The notes below the pieces were generated by a model. That model was not told the DNA's origin. It was given only the letters and a program-made list of their open reading frames with translations, and searched no databases. From NCBI RefSeq assembly GCF_963921235.1, contig NC_086104.1, positions 63,426,001-63,490,000 of the forward strand: a stretch of DNA of 64,000 bases, read 5' to 3'. Positions 62,101 through 64,000 of the stretch are shown here, one piece after another. A program made the translations under genes and the position numbers. Each line of letters begins with the position of its first letter. Positions within the stretch are counted from its first letter, which is position 1. Origin of the DNA: Mobula hypostoma. Lineage: Eukaryota.

Positions 62101-64000
62101 CTAAAAGTAAAAAAAAAGTTTGACTAGTTCTAAAATGTTAAAAATATTTAGCAATTAGATAATTACTAGCCACTTGTCATCATAGGAATTCATCTGCTAT
62201 GGTGCAACCTCTCATTCTACTTAAAGATATCAAACAATGCACAGGGTTTCTGCTTCTGTGCATGGATAACATTTTAGTTGTAATTTTTAATTTTGCCCAT
62301 TTCCAACATTACAGTAAAATGAATTTCAAAAGCAAATACATTTAAGCAACAGTGCACTCCTGATTTTATTGACATCCATACAAGAGTCATTTTTTTTTAG
62401 ACTTACTGTATGTTACTAAGATATTCAGAATGCACTGCTAGGAGCAAGAGTACTACTGAAGTTAGTGCCATAAAGGATCATTATATTACTATACACAGAC
62501 AAATGTGTTATGGACAGCATTGCTGTGCTAGGCACCTGCCTCATTGCATTGGTGGCTCATGTCACACCAAGCCATGAGATCACCATTTCACTATTCTGAC
62601 AGTATCAGTGGAGGACAGAGGTTTTTACTAGTTCCCTGGCACAGCAGCACAAAGCCTGAGTGTGTCTTTTGCTCTCTAGGTACCAGTGGTATCCTAGTTC
62701 AGAAGAAAACAAAAGCTTTAACAATTTCAGCTAAGCCATGCACAGTGACATCAGGAAAAGGTTCTTCACACAAAAGCAATTTCAAAAGTGAGAATCCTGC
62801 AACCAAAAAGCTGTTGTGCTTAGATTAAGTGAAATTTTTAATTGATAGGGATTTGTTAAGTAGTGGTGACCGGTACAAACCAAGTAGATGGAGGCAGCAT
62901 ATAGATACACTAGAACTGAAAGGATGGCAAAATGGGCTCAAGGGATTGAATTTTCCCCTCCAGTTGCCATCTCTTTAATGTTTTATATGCAAAATTCTAT
63001 CCACAGAATAGTCAGTAACACAGGTGAGGAGGCAACAGTTTATAATATTCCATGAAACTGTAAACTGATGATTACTGTGACAACAAATTTGGAAACACCA
63101 GTTGATTGACAAACGTGGAATCTGACAATTCCTTAGTTGTGGTATATTAACGTCCATGGCTGTTATTCATTTGAAAGCGAACAGTGGAAATTCTGTTCAA
63201 ATCTAATACTACCCATTCACAAGTTTTCTAATAAACATCACTAAGATATTTAACTTGAAGAAGCAATGCTATTTCTCTTTTACCCCTTTCCAAACTACAG
63301 CGGCACAAAAGTCAACTTAACTTTTTAACTGAAATCAACTTACCTGCCAAAACACAAACATTGAACTAGGGACATTATAGTCCAGGTAGTTCAGGGTGTT
63401 GGAGGTTTGTGAATTTAAAGACCGTCAACTGGGGACCAACACAATGTATAATTCTTAATATGCTGACAATTTATTTCAAAGTGAAAAGGCCATAGTAAAT
63501 GGTACCTACCCAAAATACTGCGCATAATGTTAAAATGAAGCACAGCTGCAGGGGAAAAAAGAGAAAACGTTTTTCTTTTTTAAAAGAAGTTGCAGTACAA
63601 CATATATTTAAGTTAGGCATAAACATCACGAATTTGACAACAATGCAACTGTTGCCAAACCCAAGAGGTACAGTCTTCTGTTCCTTTAATACTCATTTAC
63701 TTTGTTTTGACACTAATTGCCTGTGGCTGCTGAAGGAAGAAAAATACCCTTTGTTCAGTACTTATTGATTCAGTATATATTAGTTGCCTAACAAAGAAAT
63801 ACTACCAGGGAAAATACAAATTTTGAAATTATACTGTTGTATTTGGCCATATGGAACTACAGGTGTTTACCCAAGAACCTGAAATTTTATAACTCACATG
63901 TGAAATCCAGATCCCGTTCTTGTTGACTAAATTCTATTACAATTTTTTAGCTGTGCTTTGTCACTGGACTCTGAAAGGAGTCAAATGAAGAGCAGTTCGT

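Noticed and set aside
63344-63428. Consensus donor CAG|gtaagt on the minus strand as the next SFT2D1 exon
   Set aside because: The upstream sequence does not encode the expected hydrophobic segment ending in Trp, and it has an in-frame stop from the nearest good acceptor.

Overview
Eukaryotic, vertebrate DNA. It is most likely from a cartilaginous fish (ray or shark), judged only from the repeat repertoire: CR1, Rex1/Babar, Penelope, V-SINE and Gmr1/Mag Gypsy elements. Most of the window is decayed or nested transposable elements. Two host genes are supported: PRR18 (single coding exon, + strand, 42655-43257) and the last three coding exons of SFT2D1 (- strand, 62042-62100, 57013-57042, 51209-51248). 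In mammals PRR18 and SFT2D1 neighbour Brachyury/TBXT, so the window probably lies in the Brachyury upstream regulatory region; TBXT itself is not in the window. Consistent with this, a dense T-box/Fox motif cluster at about 2.9-3.6 kb includes a 14/16 match to the Brachyury palindrome. It heads an AT-rich unit that was locally duplicated at about 7.8-9.0 kb, where several motifs have decayed. A second palindrome-like cluster lies at about 38.9 kb. Other notable items: a Gmr1-order (PR-INT-RT-RH) LTR element, Penelope repeats with hammerhead-ribozyme cores, short fold-back Penelope insertions that invert inside the ribozyme, non-coding retroposons with LINE-like tails, and a candidate poison exon in SFT2D1. 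No prokaryotic systems, CRISPR arrays, rRNA or functional tRNA genes were seen. All calls were made by eye; TE boundaries are approximate unless a TSD is given.
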